Shown here: positions 28,508 through 38,473 of the stretch, in pieces
Layout: every line of letters begins with the position of its first letter
Position numbering within the stretch: position 1 is the first letter of the stretch
Source: Halobacteriovoraceae bacterium
GTDB lineage: Bacteria; Bdellovibrionota; Bacteriovoracia; Bacteriovoracales; Bacteriovoracaceae
Direction: 5' to 3'
Assembly (NCBI GenBank): GCA_963719505.1
Contig: CAVRCF010000001.1
Coordinates: forward strand, 608,001 to 672,000
Length of the DNA: 64,000 nucleotides
Position numbers and translations under genes: made by a program
The notes under the pieces: model-generated
Seen by the model: only the letters and a program-made list of their open reading frames with translations
The model's database searches: none
What the model was told of the DNA's origin: nothing

Positions 28508-29236
28508 ATGGAAATAATGAAGCCTATTTTAATCATCTTATTTACCCTTAGCTTAATTTCTTGTGCCCAAAGAATTAAGGTTCCTATCAATCGGATGATG
28601 ACCCCCGAAGTTATTGGTGGGGGAGCAGAGATTGAGTATCAAAGAATTGGTTTCGCTCAATCAAGGCTCGACTTTACCGGGGGGCGAACAGACAATCCTC
28701 TAGGCTTCACAAGTGTTGTGGCAAACAGAACTTTATACATGGCCGCTGGAGTGTCACAAAATGTGGACCTTTTTGTAAAAGTTCCCCAAGAGTCTTCAAG
28801 CCTATTAGGTCTGAAGGTTCAGCTTTTGGGCTCACCATCCAAAACAAGAAATAATACTCATCAATTTGCTTTTACGATAGCTGTTGGATCGGAAAGAGAC
28901 AGTTTTGAAGGCTCCTACGAAATAGAACTAAAGAGTGATGTCAGAGATTTTTCTCTCATCTATGGTTATAGGCTGAATCAATTATTCATTGCATATTCAT
29001 CAATCAGTTTAAGTAATTATCATTTTCAAGGAGATGTTAAAGATGGTGGAGGGGTGCTTATTGATGATGAAATTGATTACGAAGCCCAAAACATTCTTGG
29101 AGCTCAGGCAGGCTTTGAATTTGGAGGGGAGACTTTCTCCTTAAAACTTGAGCTTGCTGCTCAGAAAATAAAATGGACAAACACTGAAGAAGAGCTCCTA
29201 TATTCAAGTGGTTTGGCCTTCCGATATGCTTTTTAA
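28508..29236 (+). CDS. Putative outer-membrane beta-barrel lipoprotein (likely start ATG 28517)
   Basis: Lipobox LISC; alternating amphipathic strands; C-terminal ...FRYAF beta-signal. Confidence 0.7.
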   Translation: MEIMKPILIILFTLSLISCAQRIKVPINRMMTPEVIGGGAEIEYQRIGFAQSRLDFTGGRTDNPLGFTSVVANRTLYMAAGVSQNVDLFVKVPQESSSLLGLKVQLLGSPSKTRNNTHQFAFTIAVGSERDSFEGSYEIELKSDVRDFSLIYGYRLNQLFIAYSSISLSNYHFQGDVKDGGGVLIDDEIDYEAQNILGAQAGFEFGGETFSLKLELAAQKIKWTNTEEELLYSSGLAFRYAF

Positions 29237-29297
29237 AGAGAATATTGCCACCCTTAAATATCAACTCAATTTATTGTAAAATAAGGAGAGGAAAACT

Positions 29298-30389
29298 ATG
29301 AAACTATTCTTGTTAATCATTCTACTTCACGCTCAATCAAGTTTTGCAAGACTCTACTTTGAAGATGCCACAAGCCCCGAGCTCATCACAAGCGCTCGAG
29401 CTCTCGCAATGGGAAACTCTTATTCATCTTTAGTCGATGATTCTATGGCCGCGTTTTATAATCCAGCTGGCCTAGGAACGGTTAGAGGTTTGAGCCTTCA
29501 TCTGACAAATATTCACATTGAAATGAATAATGGCTTCTTTGATGCCACCAGTGGATCAGGAAACTTTTTTGATGCTATTGATAAGTACGACGACGCCTTC
29601 ACTTCCGAGGGAGTGCGTGATCTTTTAGCTGATAATCCCGGAACGACTCATGCAAGATTTAACTTCTTTCCGAATATAACGTATAGATGGATAACTTTGG
29701 GATACATGTATTCACAACAGCAAAAAGCGAGACTAGAGTCCAGCACTTCAGACTTTGAAATAGCTGAAAGACTAGATACAGGACCTGTATTGGCCCTTGC
29801 ATTCTCAATGTTTGGTGGTGTTGTAAAAGTTGGAGCAAGTGCGGTTCACTTGACCAGAAAAGAAATCTTTAGAGATACTCCCCAAAACCAAGCTGTTAAT
29901 ATAAATAAAGAGGACTACTCACGGGCCACTATGACTCATGTTACTGCAAGTACCAGAGTGACCTTCCCCGTAAGGTACCTTCCAACATTCTCTGTTGTCT
30001 CTAGAAACGCAGGGGATGCAAGTTGGGGGAGTGAGGACCTAGCAGGCGCACCAGAGGAGATACCCCAGACGACGGATATAAGTGCTTCAATAACTCCTAT
30101 TCTTTCCAAGGGATCGAGAATTCATATCGAGATCGGTCGAAAGGATTTAGGTAATAAATACGAGAATGTTCCAAACGAAAGAAAGCTGCAAGGTGGAATT
30201 GAGTGGAACTATAGACGAAGTATTTTTGTGAGAGCTGGCTATGGAGATGGCTGGGGCTCTGGCGGAATTGGTATAAGAACCAGAAACGTCGCTTTTGATC
30301 TTTCTACTTATGCTGTTGAAGCAAGTGAAGACGGATTCCGCGAGGATGAAGATCGCCGCTTTGCCATTCATCTATCATCAGGCTTTTAA
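29298..30389 (+). CDS. Outer-membrane beta-barrel, FadL/PorV/TraF-like superfamily
   Basis: Signal peptide; SARALAMGN...DD..A.FYNPAGL N-terminal motif; C-terminal Phe; AAGGAG RBS. Confidence 0.75.
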   Translation: MKLFLLIILLHAQSSFARLYFEDATSPELITSARALAMGNSYSSLVDDSMAAFYNPAGLGTVRGLSLHLTNIHIEMNNGFFDATSGSGNFFDAIDKYDDAFTSEGVRDLLADNPGTTHARFNFFPNITYRWITLGYMYSQQQKARLESSTSDFEIAERLDTGPVLALAFSMFGGVVKVGASAVHLTRKEIFRDTPQNQAVNINKEDYSRATMTHVTASTRVTFPVRYLPTFSVVSRNAGDASWGSEDLAGAPEEIPQTTDISASITPILSKGSRIHIEIGRKDLGNKYENVPNERKLQGGIEWNYRRSIFVRAGYGDGWGSGGIGIRTRNVAFDLSTYAVEASEDGFREDEDRRFAIHLSSGF

Positions 30390-30605
30390 CAGCCGCCAAA
30401 TCCTCAAGCTTTTTATGTTATTCCAACAAGATAGACATCTTTATGTTTAGAAATATCTTCGATCATATGCAATTTCTATAAGTGAGGCTATACAGGTGAG
30501 GCAACATCTGCTAAAAGTGCGTTTTTACAATAAAAAGATCAAATTGAGGGTTGTATTCCCTCCTAAATTTTTAAAAAAATTTAGCAAACAAACGAAGGTT
30601 TAAAT

Positions 30606-33329
30606 ATGTCTTTGCAAAATCCCTACGCCTCATTTTTAGAGTCACTACAAAAGCCAGCCCGCTATATTGGTGGAGAACATTTTATTGTTCGTAAAGACTG
30701 GGACCAGATGATCGGTAAGGTCGCCCTTTGCTTTCCTGATACCTATGAAATTGGAATGAGTCACCTTGGCTTTAAAATTTTATATGAAGAAATAAATAAA
30801 ACTGAAACCATGTGTGCCGAAAGATGTTTTGCTCCATGGATTGATATGGAAAAAGAGCTTCGAGAAAGAAATCTTCCCCTTGTGACTCTTGAAAATTTTA
30901 AGCCCTTAAATGAGTTTGATGTTGTTGGATTCTCTCTTCAATATGAAATGAGTTATTCAAATATTTTAAATATGCTCGACTTAGGTGGAATTGAAATCTA
31001 CCAAAAGGATAGAGCGGAAGATGCACCTTTTGTTATCGCTGGTGGACCATGTGCGACTCACCCAGAGCCGATTGCTCCCTTTTTAGACTTTATTGTTATT
31101 GGTGATGGAGAAACTCTTTTTTCTCAGATCGTGCACTTTATCGGTGAGGCTCGTCGCGAAGGCTTAAAGCGTGACCATATTCTTTTTGAGCTAGCAAAAT
31201 GAAAAGGGATTTACGTTCCTTCATTTTATGAAACTGAAATCGATGATATGACTAAACTTGAGGTTGTAACAGGTCCAAAACCAGAATTTATAGGTTCTAT
31301 TCCTGATAGAGTTGAACGCTATTTTGTCGAGAGTCTAAAGGACTACCCATTCCCAACAAAGTCTCCAATACCACATATGACCGCTATCTTTGATAGATTC
31401 TCAGTTGAGCTTAGCCGAGGCTGTACTGAAGGGTGTCGTTTTTGCCAGGCTGGGATGATTTATAGACCAGTTCGAGAAAGAAAGCCAACCGATGTTGCAA
31501 AAGTTGTTATGGATGGTTTAAAAAATGGTGGATTTGATGAAGCGAGTTTGACTTGTCTCTCAACAGCAGACTATTCAGCTGTAACCCCTCTTGTTGTTGA
31601 TCTCATAGATAAACTTGCTGCAGAAAAAGCAACATTAGGAATAAGCTCTCTAAGAGCATACGGATTAGATAATCAAGTTCTAGATAAAATCTCAGAAGTT
31701 AGAAATACATCTTTAACTTTTGCTCCGGAAGCCGGAACTGAGAGAATGAGAAAAGTAATTAATAAAAATGTCACCGAAGCAGATATGCTGAAGACAGCAA
31801 GAGATGTCTTCTCTCGTGGCTGGAAGAAAATGAAATTGTATTTCATGATAGGTCTTCCAACAGAAGAAGATGAAGATGTTATTGGCATCATGCAAACTGG
31901 TCTTCGAGCGAAACAGATTGCTCAAAAAGAATGTGGTGTTCGTAACCCTATTATCACAATTAGTGCATCAAGCTTTGTTCCTAAACCCCATACACCTTTT
32001 CAATGGGCTAGAATGATTACACTTGATGAGATTATTCGTAAGCAAAATATTTTAAAAGATCACGCAGTAAAGATGGGACTTAACTTTAGAAAACACTACT
32101 CAAAGATTTCTTATCTCGAGGGTGTCGTTTCCCGTGGGGACAGAAGAGTCGGAGATATCATCTATAACGCTTGGAAAGGCGGAGCACGTTTTGACGGATG
32201 GGATGAGACTTTTAAATACGACCTTTGGATGAAATGTTTAGAGGAGTCTGGGATTGATCCTATTCATATGCTTGGGACAATTCCGATGAATGGAAGACTC
32301 CCTTGGGATCATATTGATGTCGGACTTGAAGCAAAGTTTTTAGAGCGCGAGTGGACAAAAGCAAATAAAGACAGACTTTCTCCTCCATGCGGTAAAGTGC
32401 ACGGAATGATTGTTCACCATTCAAATCTCGAAGCTTTGGAAAAAACTTTTGATATCGATAAAAAAAGACTTGTTTGTTATAGCTGTGGTGTCGCCTGTGA
32501 CTTAAAAGAGATGGTTGAAGAGAGACGAGACTATCTTGGAAGCATGAATGCAATTGAGGACACTCCTTATGAGGCACCAAAAGAGCGCAAGAAGATAGTT
32601 GATCTAAGAGAGAAACGAGGTCAATGGACTGGTGAAAAATATAGAATTGAGTTCTCTAAAGTTGGACCAATCTCTTTTATTTCTCACCTTGATCTGCAAA
32701 AAATTGTTGCTCGTATTTTTAAACGAGCAGAGATTGAAGTTCTTTATTCTGAAGGCTATAAAACGAGACCGCTGATAGCGTTTGGTCCGGCCCTTACATT
32801 AGGGGTTAGTTCTTTATCTGAATTTTTTGATGTACGAGTACCAGAAAAATGGGAAAGCAATGAAGAACTTCTAGAAAAGTTACAGTCTCATTCAGAGAAA
32901 GGAATTATCTTTAAGAGTGTTGAGTTAGTTGGGAGTAAGACCGTCTCGATTCAAGACTCTGCTGAGAAATTTACTTACTATCTCCAAACAAAAAATAGTG
33001 ATGATAGTGAAAAGGCAATTAGCTTTCTAAATGCTGAAACGGAGCTCGTTATCGAGTCTTTCTCAAAGAAAGCTCAGAGAAATATAAAGAAAGATATTCG
33101 TCCAAAAATTCTTACGGCTTATAAGGGAAAACTTGACCTTGATCGTAAGTTGATGGATTTGATCGACGAAGTTTCTCCATGCAAGGGAGAAGGAATCTTT
33201 ATAGAGACTGATGTTGATCAAGGCTCAAGTGTGAGACCTAGCGAGCTTGTTAAAATTTTAGCTGGAATTGGTATAAATGTTGAGCGGCCAATCAAAGAGA
33301 AAATAACCCTTAAGGCTTCAACTCTTTAA
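30606..33329 (+). pseudogene. TIGR03960-family B12-binding radical SAM protein fused to TIGR03936/DUF2344 domain, interrupted by one in-frame TGA at 31200-31202
   Basis: ORFs 30606-31202 and 31248-33329 are in the same frame, reading ...FELAK*KGIYVPSFY...; motifs KPARYIGGE, FPDTYEIGMS, RGCTEGCRFCQAG, FISHLDL. Confidence 0.85.
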
Positions 33330-33360
33330 AGATTTTTAGATATCTAACCGAATATAAGTA

Positions 33361-33726
33361 ATGAATATTCGGTTAGTATGTCTCTTTTATCTATTGTCAC
33401 TTTGTTTCCAAGCGGCAGCTGCTGAAGATTCAAGCGGTGACGTGCTAAAGTGTGGATTTTATGAAGCCTTTGGCAAAATTATTTGTCAGTCCTCTAGTGA
33501 GTGTTCACTCGCTATAAACCCTGGTAAGTTATCGGAAAAACTCATCTTTTTAGAACAAAAAGACTTCTCTGTGTCATACTTCACCGATCAATATGTTAAA
33601 ATGTATTTAACGATCACAAAAGAGGCTGCTGAGTCTAAAGCTAAAATAAGCTCTGCTCCTATTAAGCAGGTCCGCAGTGTTAAGACTTCAGTTTTAAACT
33701 TTAAAAGAGGTGTGTCCTGTCTTTGA
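33361..33726 (+). CDS. Small secreted hypothetical protein
   Basis: Signal peptide and several Cys; stop overlaps the next start (TTGA). Confidence 0.7.
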   Translation: MNIRLVCLFYLLSLCFQAAAAEDSSGDVLKCGFYEAFGKIICQSSSECSLAINPGKLSEKLIFLEQKDFSVSYFTDQYVKMYLTITKEAAESKAKISSAPIKQVRSVKTSVLNFKRGVSCL

Positions 33727-35501
33727 AACATCATTTGAACATTGTCATACTTCTTTTCTCAGTGTCATCGTATGCATTTGACAAGGTTGCATTTGTTATT
33801 GGTGATGATTGCCATGAAACAAAAAATCTAACAAATAAAGTTGTAAAGACTGCGATTAATGTTTCAGAAAGCCTTGGTGAAAAAGGTTTTCGGGTCATAA
33901 CAATGTACGGTGACGAAGCAAGAGCACAAGAGTTAAAAGAAAAAGCACTCTCTGCCAGTAAGAACGTGACAACCACAAGTGTATCTTTGGAAAAAGTTAA
34001 AAATAATATTACTCGAGCCTATGAAATGGATTGTGACAAACGTCCCAAAGAACTAATGCTAAATTTTATAGCCCATGGATCAGCGAATTTCGATGGTAGT
34101 GGGTCTAACCACTCTATCTGTGCTGGTAATGCTTCTGCTTCCGGTGGAAAAAGAAAAAATCAGATTTACATGAGAGATATCGCTGAACAAATTAAGGCGC
34201 TAGCAAGTAAAGATCGCTGTGAAAATAAAATGAAAGTCGGATTTGTCGACTGCTCTTGTAAGAGCGGAGGCTCACTCAAAGAGTTTGAGGGATTAGGTTG
34301 CTCACTATCAATGACCAGTGAAAACAATAAGTCGGATCTTAAGCTCATTGATGAATACAGTGATAAGTTAAAAGATAAAAAAGAGATGAGTTTATCTGAT
34401 ATTCACTTGGGGCTTTTAGTAAACAGAGATTACGACCTCTATACAGAAGAAGTTGATGAAGCTTCAGGGAAAACATATCTTGAGAACCACTTTAACAACT
34501 CCAATCAGATATCGGGTTGTTATGACCAAGATATCGCCAAAGTGAATGCAATTAGTGCTAAGGAGGAACCTGCTTGTCGAACACCTCTGAGCATCCTTGA
34601 AAAGAAGAAAGAATTAGAATTTGAGAAAATAGAGCAAATTATAAAAAGACTTAATCTTGGCCTAAATAGTAATCCTGAAAAAGATAAGATAGCGACCTTG
34701 ATGGGCTTACAAGCAAGTGAAGTACCGGAAAGCGATAAAATTTCAAACATTGTAAATGATCTCATCCAAAAAGATAAAGAGTATACAGAGCTTTCGAGAC
34801 CCTTTGTAGAAAAGGAATCAGCAGTTATGTCCAACACTGCTCTCAATACAACATTTGACTGTGAGTTAGATGCGACAAGTTTTGCTGATCAGAATATAAG
34901 TAACGCTTTAAAGTCACCAGGCGGGTCTCCGGCAAAAGTTAAAAGATTTGAAGAAGTCTCTCAGGGAATTTGTCTGAGCTTACACTCTGATGTCTATGAT
35001 AAAGAGAGCGCTCAAAAGAAATGTGTTTTAGGTAAAGGCTACTCTGCTAGAGGATTAAAACTTTCCTTGTCAGAAGTCTTAAAAATTCAGAAAAATTTAA
35101 ACCTTCTAGATAGTGAGAGAAGTAAGCGACTTGTTAAAAGGAATACTTATGAGATTCAAAGAGCTTTTCGTTCCAGTGGCGAGACTCTTAATTTTGAAGA
35201 AGTCAAAAACTCTTATTCTAAAACGATTTCTCAATGCTTAAAGAAAATAGAAAAATTGGCAAAAGAGAAAGAAGTAAAACCGGCGTTAGATGCAATTGCC
35301 TTCGTCAACTCAACATATGCAGGACAAGAAGACTGTAAGGTTTCCCACAATACATTTAAATGTATTGAGCAAAAACAAAAGCTCAATGAAGCACAAGTGA
35401 AAAGGTATTTTGGTATGGCCCGAGGCTTTTACTTTCTAAATTGTAAAAACAGCTTCAATTCAAATTCAGATGTAGCAGCTTGTGATGATTTTAAAATCTA
35501 A
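33723..35501 (+). CDS. Secreted Cys-rich protein with caspase/legumain-like (clan CD) peptidase domain
   Basis: Signal peptide; KVAFVIG first strand; LNFIAHGS (His118) and FVDCSCKSGG (Cys179). Confidence 0.65.
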   Translation: MKHHLNIVILLFSVSSYAFDKVAFVIGDDCHETKNLTNKVVKTAINVSESLGEKGFRVITMYGDEARAQELKEKALSASKNVTTTSVSLEKVKNNITRAYEMDCDKRPKELMLNFIAHGSANFDGSGSNHSICAGNASASGGKRKNQIYMRDIAEQIKALASKDRCENKMKVGFVDCSCKSGGSLKEFEGLGCSLSMTSENNKSDLKLIDEYSDKLKDKKEMSLSDIHLGLLVNRDYDLYTEEVDEASGKTYLENHFNNSNQISGCYDQDIAKVNAISAKEEPACRTPLSILEKKKELEFEKIEQIIKRLNLGLNSNPEKDKIATLMGLQASEVPESDKISNIVNDLIQKDKEYTELSRPFVEKESAVMSNTALNTTFDCELDATSFADQNISNALKSPGGSPAKVKRFEEVSQGICLSLHSDVYDKESAQKKCVLGKGYSARGLKLSLSEVLKIQKNLNLLDSERSKRLVKRNTYEIQRAFRSSGETLNFEEVKNSYSKTISQCLKKIEKLAKEKEVKPALDAIAFVNSTYAGQEDCKVSHNTFKCIEQKQKLNEAQVKRYFGMARGFYFLNCKNSFNSNSDVAACDDFKI

Positions 35502-35506
35502 AAAGG

Positions 35507-35611
35507 CTACGACTTCTGTGATCTATACTTCTCTTCTGTGATGAGTTTTTGAATAAGCCTAACCAGTAGCTTAGTAATCTCTTTTTTTATCTCAATCCTT
35601 GAGTTACTCAT
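35507..35611 (-). CDS. Unannotated 34-aa small basic protein MSNSRIEIKKEITKLLVRLIQKLITEEKYRSQKS
   Basis: AGGAG RBS 6 nt upstream of ATG; upstream TTGCCA-N18-TAAAAT promoter; fills an otherwise empty spacer. Confidence 0.6.
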   Translation of the reverse strand: MSNSRIEIKKEITKLLVRLIQKLITEEKYRSQKS

Positions 35612-35805
35612 AAATTTCTCCTAGACAATAATTTTATAGAGATTTGACACGAATTGGCAAATTTATGCCTCTTAGAAGTCTGGTTTATACTCCAAATCAT
35701 GGATTTTATTGGACTTGCTCTGGTGTATAAATAACCCTGTTCGTAGACAAAACTCTACTAATATTATAGAGTTAGGGATCTTTTAATATTCTAAGGGGAA
35801 CTATT

Positions 35806-37974
35806 ATGGCCACTTCTCAATCTGTGACGTCAAAAAAAATATCAGCTAAAACGAAAAGAAAATTAGACCTTATAAAAAAACATAAATTATCTAAGGATAC
35901 CCTTTTAGATATGTATAGAAACTCATACCTTTCTAGAAAGTTAGATGATGCTGAGATTTCTATGAAGAAGCAGTCGAAAGCTTTCTTCCAAATTTCTGGT
36001 GCCGGACATGAGGGAATTCTCTCTGCTGTCACAAAGATTTTAAAACCAAGTTATGATTTTTTTATTCCCTACTATAGAGATAGAGCTCTATGTACTGGAC
36101 TTGGAGTAAGTGCTTATGAAATCCTTTGCCAAGCAAATGGAAATGTCGGGGATACTGCAAGTCACGGCCGTCAGATGCCCTCTCACTGGGGAAATAAAGA
36201 ATTAAATATTATATCTAAGTCATCATGCACGGGAACCCAATTTCTCCAAGCTGTTGGTATTGCTGAGTCTGGAAAATTTTTAGGCAAGATGGCAAAAGAT
36301 GGTGTTGATCATGGACTTCCATATGCAAACGATGAAATCGTCTACGTTTCCACTGGGGACGGAACAGTTTCTCAGGGTGAATTCTGGGAAGGTATTACAA
36401 CGGCTTGTGTAAATAAACTTCCTGTTCTTTTTATGGTTGAAGATAACGGTTTTGCTATCTCTGTTCCAACTTCTGTTCAGACACCTTCAGGATCGATTTC
36501 AGTTGCTCTTGGTGGTTTTCCTGGACTCACTATTTTCGAATGCGACGGAACGGATCCTGTTGATTCATACGATGCAGTTAAAAAAGCCGAAGTTCATTTA
36601 AGAGCAGGTAAGGGACCGGTTTTAGTTCATGCACATGTAACAAGACCATACTCTCATTCGCTTTCGGATGATCACTCTTTTTATAGAACAAAAGATGAAT
36701 TAGCAGAAGAGGCAAAAATTGACACGATTAAGACATATCCTGAATTTTTAATTGAAGCTAATATTGCAACACTTGATGAAATCAATGACATAAAAGCGAT
36801 TGTGGAAGTTGAAGTTAAAGAGGCAATGAAAAAAGCGATCAATACTGAATGGCCTGAGCCTGATACCTATATGGATCACTTATATTCTATGGACGTTGAT
36901 CCAACGAGTGAAGACTTTGAAAGAGAGGGATCATTTCTTGGAAAAGATGATATCCCAATGGCTGGATCGATAAATGCCGTTTTAAAAAATGAATTAAAGA
37001 AAAATCCACTCATGAGAATGTTTGGAGAAGATGTTGCTGACTTTTCTGAGTTAGAAAAATTAGACAATCCTGAACTCTCAGGTAAGGGCGGAGTTTTTAA
37101 AGTCACTTCTGGCTGTCAAAGAGCTTCAAAAGAAGGCCAGGTTTTTAACTCGCCTCTAGCTGAGGCAAATATTATTGGCCGTGCGATTGGTATGGCGATG
37201 AGAGGAATCAAGCCTGTTGTTGAGATTCAATTCTTTGATTATATCTGGACAGCCTACATGCAATTGAAAAATGAAATGGCAACAACACGATACAGATCAG
37301 GCGGAGACTTTAAATGTCCGATGGTCGTAAGAGTTCCAATCGGTGGTTATTTACGTGGTGGGGCAATATACCATTCTCAGTCGGGAGAGTCTCTGTTTAC
37401 CCATATTCCAGGGATAAGAGTTGTCTTTCCATCGAATGCTAAGGATGCTGCCGGTCTTCTAAGAACCGCAATTAGATCTGATGACCCCGTTATGTTTTTA
37501 GAGCATAAGCATTTATACTATCAGGGATATAATAGAACTGCAGATCCTGGGGAAGACTTTATGATTCCTTTTGGAAAAGCAAGAGTCGTAAGAGAAGGAA
37601 CCGATGCAACAATCATTGCATGGGGGGCGCTAGTACAAAAATCTGTTGAAGCCGCTAAAAGGATGAGCGCAGAAGGTAAAAGTGTTGAAGTTATAGACCT
37701 TCGAACTCTTGCACCTTTTGATATGGATGCGATTGTAAAATCTCTTTCTAAGACAAATAGAATTATGATCGCTCATGAGGAACATAAGACATCAGGTTTT
37801 GCTGGAGAGATTGCGGCAAGGATTAATGAAGAATGCTTCAATCAACTTGATGCTCCAATTTTAAGAGTTGCTTCCGAAGATGTGCATGTCGCTTATAACC
37901 CGGCTTTGGAAGATATCATTCTTCCTCAAATTAATCATGTGTACGATAAATTGAAAGAGCTTCTTGAGTACTAA
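35806..37974 (+). CDS. 2-oxoacid (probably branched-chain) dehydrogenase E1, fused alpha/beta subunits
   Basis: GRQMPSH, TPP motif GDG...EG...N, HS.SDD; beta part FGEDV, FNSPLAE, EIQFFDY, IDLRTL.P. Confidence 0.92.
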   Translation: MATSQSVTSKKISAKTKRKLDLIKKHKLSKDTLLDMYRNSYLSRKLDDAEISMKKQSKAFFQISGAGHEGILSAVTKILKPSYDFFIPYYRDRALCTGLGVSAYEILCQANGNVGDTASHGRQMPSHWGNKELNIISKSSCTGTQFLQAVGIAESGKFLGKMAKDGVDHGLPYANDEIVYVSTGDGTVSQGEFWEGITTACVNKLPVLFMVEDNGFAISVPTSVQTPSGSISVALGGFPGLTIFECDGTDPVDSYDAVKKAEVHLRAGKGPVLVHAHVTRPYSHSLSDDHSFYRTKDELAEEAKIDTIKTYPEFLIEANIATLDEINDIKAIVEVEVKEAMKKAINTEWPEPDTYMDHLYSMDVDPTSEDFEREGSFLGKDDIPMAGSINAVLKNELKKNPLMRMFGEDVADFSELEKLDNPELSGKGGVFKVTSGCQRASKEGQVFNSPLAEANIIGRAIGMAMRGIKPVVEIQFFDYIWTAYMQLKNEMATTRYRSGGDFKCPMVVRVPIGGYLRGGAIYHSQSGESLFTHIPGIRVVFPSNAKDAAGLLRTAIRSDDPVMFLEHKHLYYQGYNRTADPGEDFMIPFGKARVVREGTDATIIAWGALVQKSVEAAKRMSAEGKSVEVIDLRTLAPFDMDAIVKSLSKTNRIMIAHEEHKTSGFAGEIAARINEECFNQLDAPILRVASEDVHVAYNPALEDIILPQINHVYDKLKELLEY

Positions 37975-38473
37975 TTCAATACTAACAAGTAGACTTATAT
38001 TGAAGCCTTTGGAGAAAGTAGATGCCGAGCATTTATTTGGTTTACACTCTGATGCAGAGGTTATGAAATTCATTCGTGAGCCAGATACGGACATATTTCA
38101 AACAAAAAAAAGAATAAACGAAATACTTTCTTACTCTTTTGACAACGCGGGTTTAGGTCTCTGGTCAGCATTTACCAAGCAGGATAAAAGTTTCATTGGT
38201 TGGGGGGTTCTTGTGCACATCGATCATAATCTTTCCAACCCGATTGAGATGGGGTTTCGATTACACCAACGATTTTGGCGCCAGGGATTTGGTTTTGAGA
38301 TTGGAAATGCATTATTAGATCATGCCAAAAATATTAACTTAGCGAGAGTTTGTGCAATTACCCTAGATGAAAATATTGGTAGCCAGAAAACGATTGAAAA
38401 GTGTGGTCTGCAGTTTAAAGAAAAGAGAAATTATTATAATCAACAAGTTCTATACTATGAGAAAGAGATATGA
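37964..38473 (+). CDS. GNAT N-acetyltransferase (RimJ/RimL-like)
   Basis: RLILKP, EMGFRL...FWRQGFG.E, N..SQK..EKCG. Confidence 0.85.
   Translation: MSTNSILTSRLILKPLEKVDAEHLFGLHSDAEVMKFIREPDTDIFQTKKRINEILSYSFDNAGLGLWSAFTKQDKSFIGWGVLVHIDHNLSNPIEMGFRLHQRFWRQGFGFEIGNALLDHAKNINLARVCAITLDENIGSQKTIEKCGLQFKEKRNYYNQQVLYYEKEI

Noticed and set aside
29201-29227. sigma28-like TCCGATAT at the end of the barrel gene
   Set aside because: No -35 element at the correct spacing and it lies within coding sequence
30546-30585. Two small hairpins upstream of the radical SAM gene as a cobalamin or SAM riboswitch
   Set aside because: No recognisable B12-box or SAM aptamer consensus; stems are short or AT-only
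31200-31202. Genome-wide UGA reassignment (code 4 or 25)
   Set aside because: TGA terminates several genes with stop/start overlaps (14528, 33726, 38473, 42046) and Trp is encoded by TGG throughout
35654-35670. sigma54-like GGCA...TGC on either strand
   Set aside because: GG-to-GC spacing is one base short of the strict -24/-12 requirement
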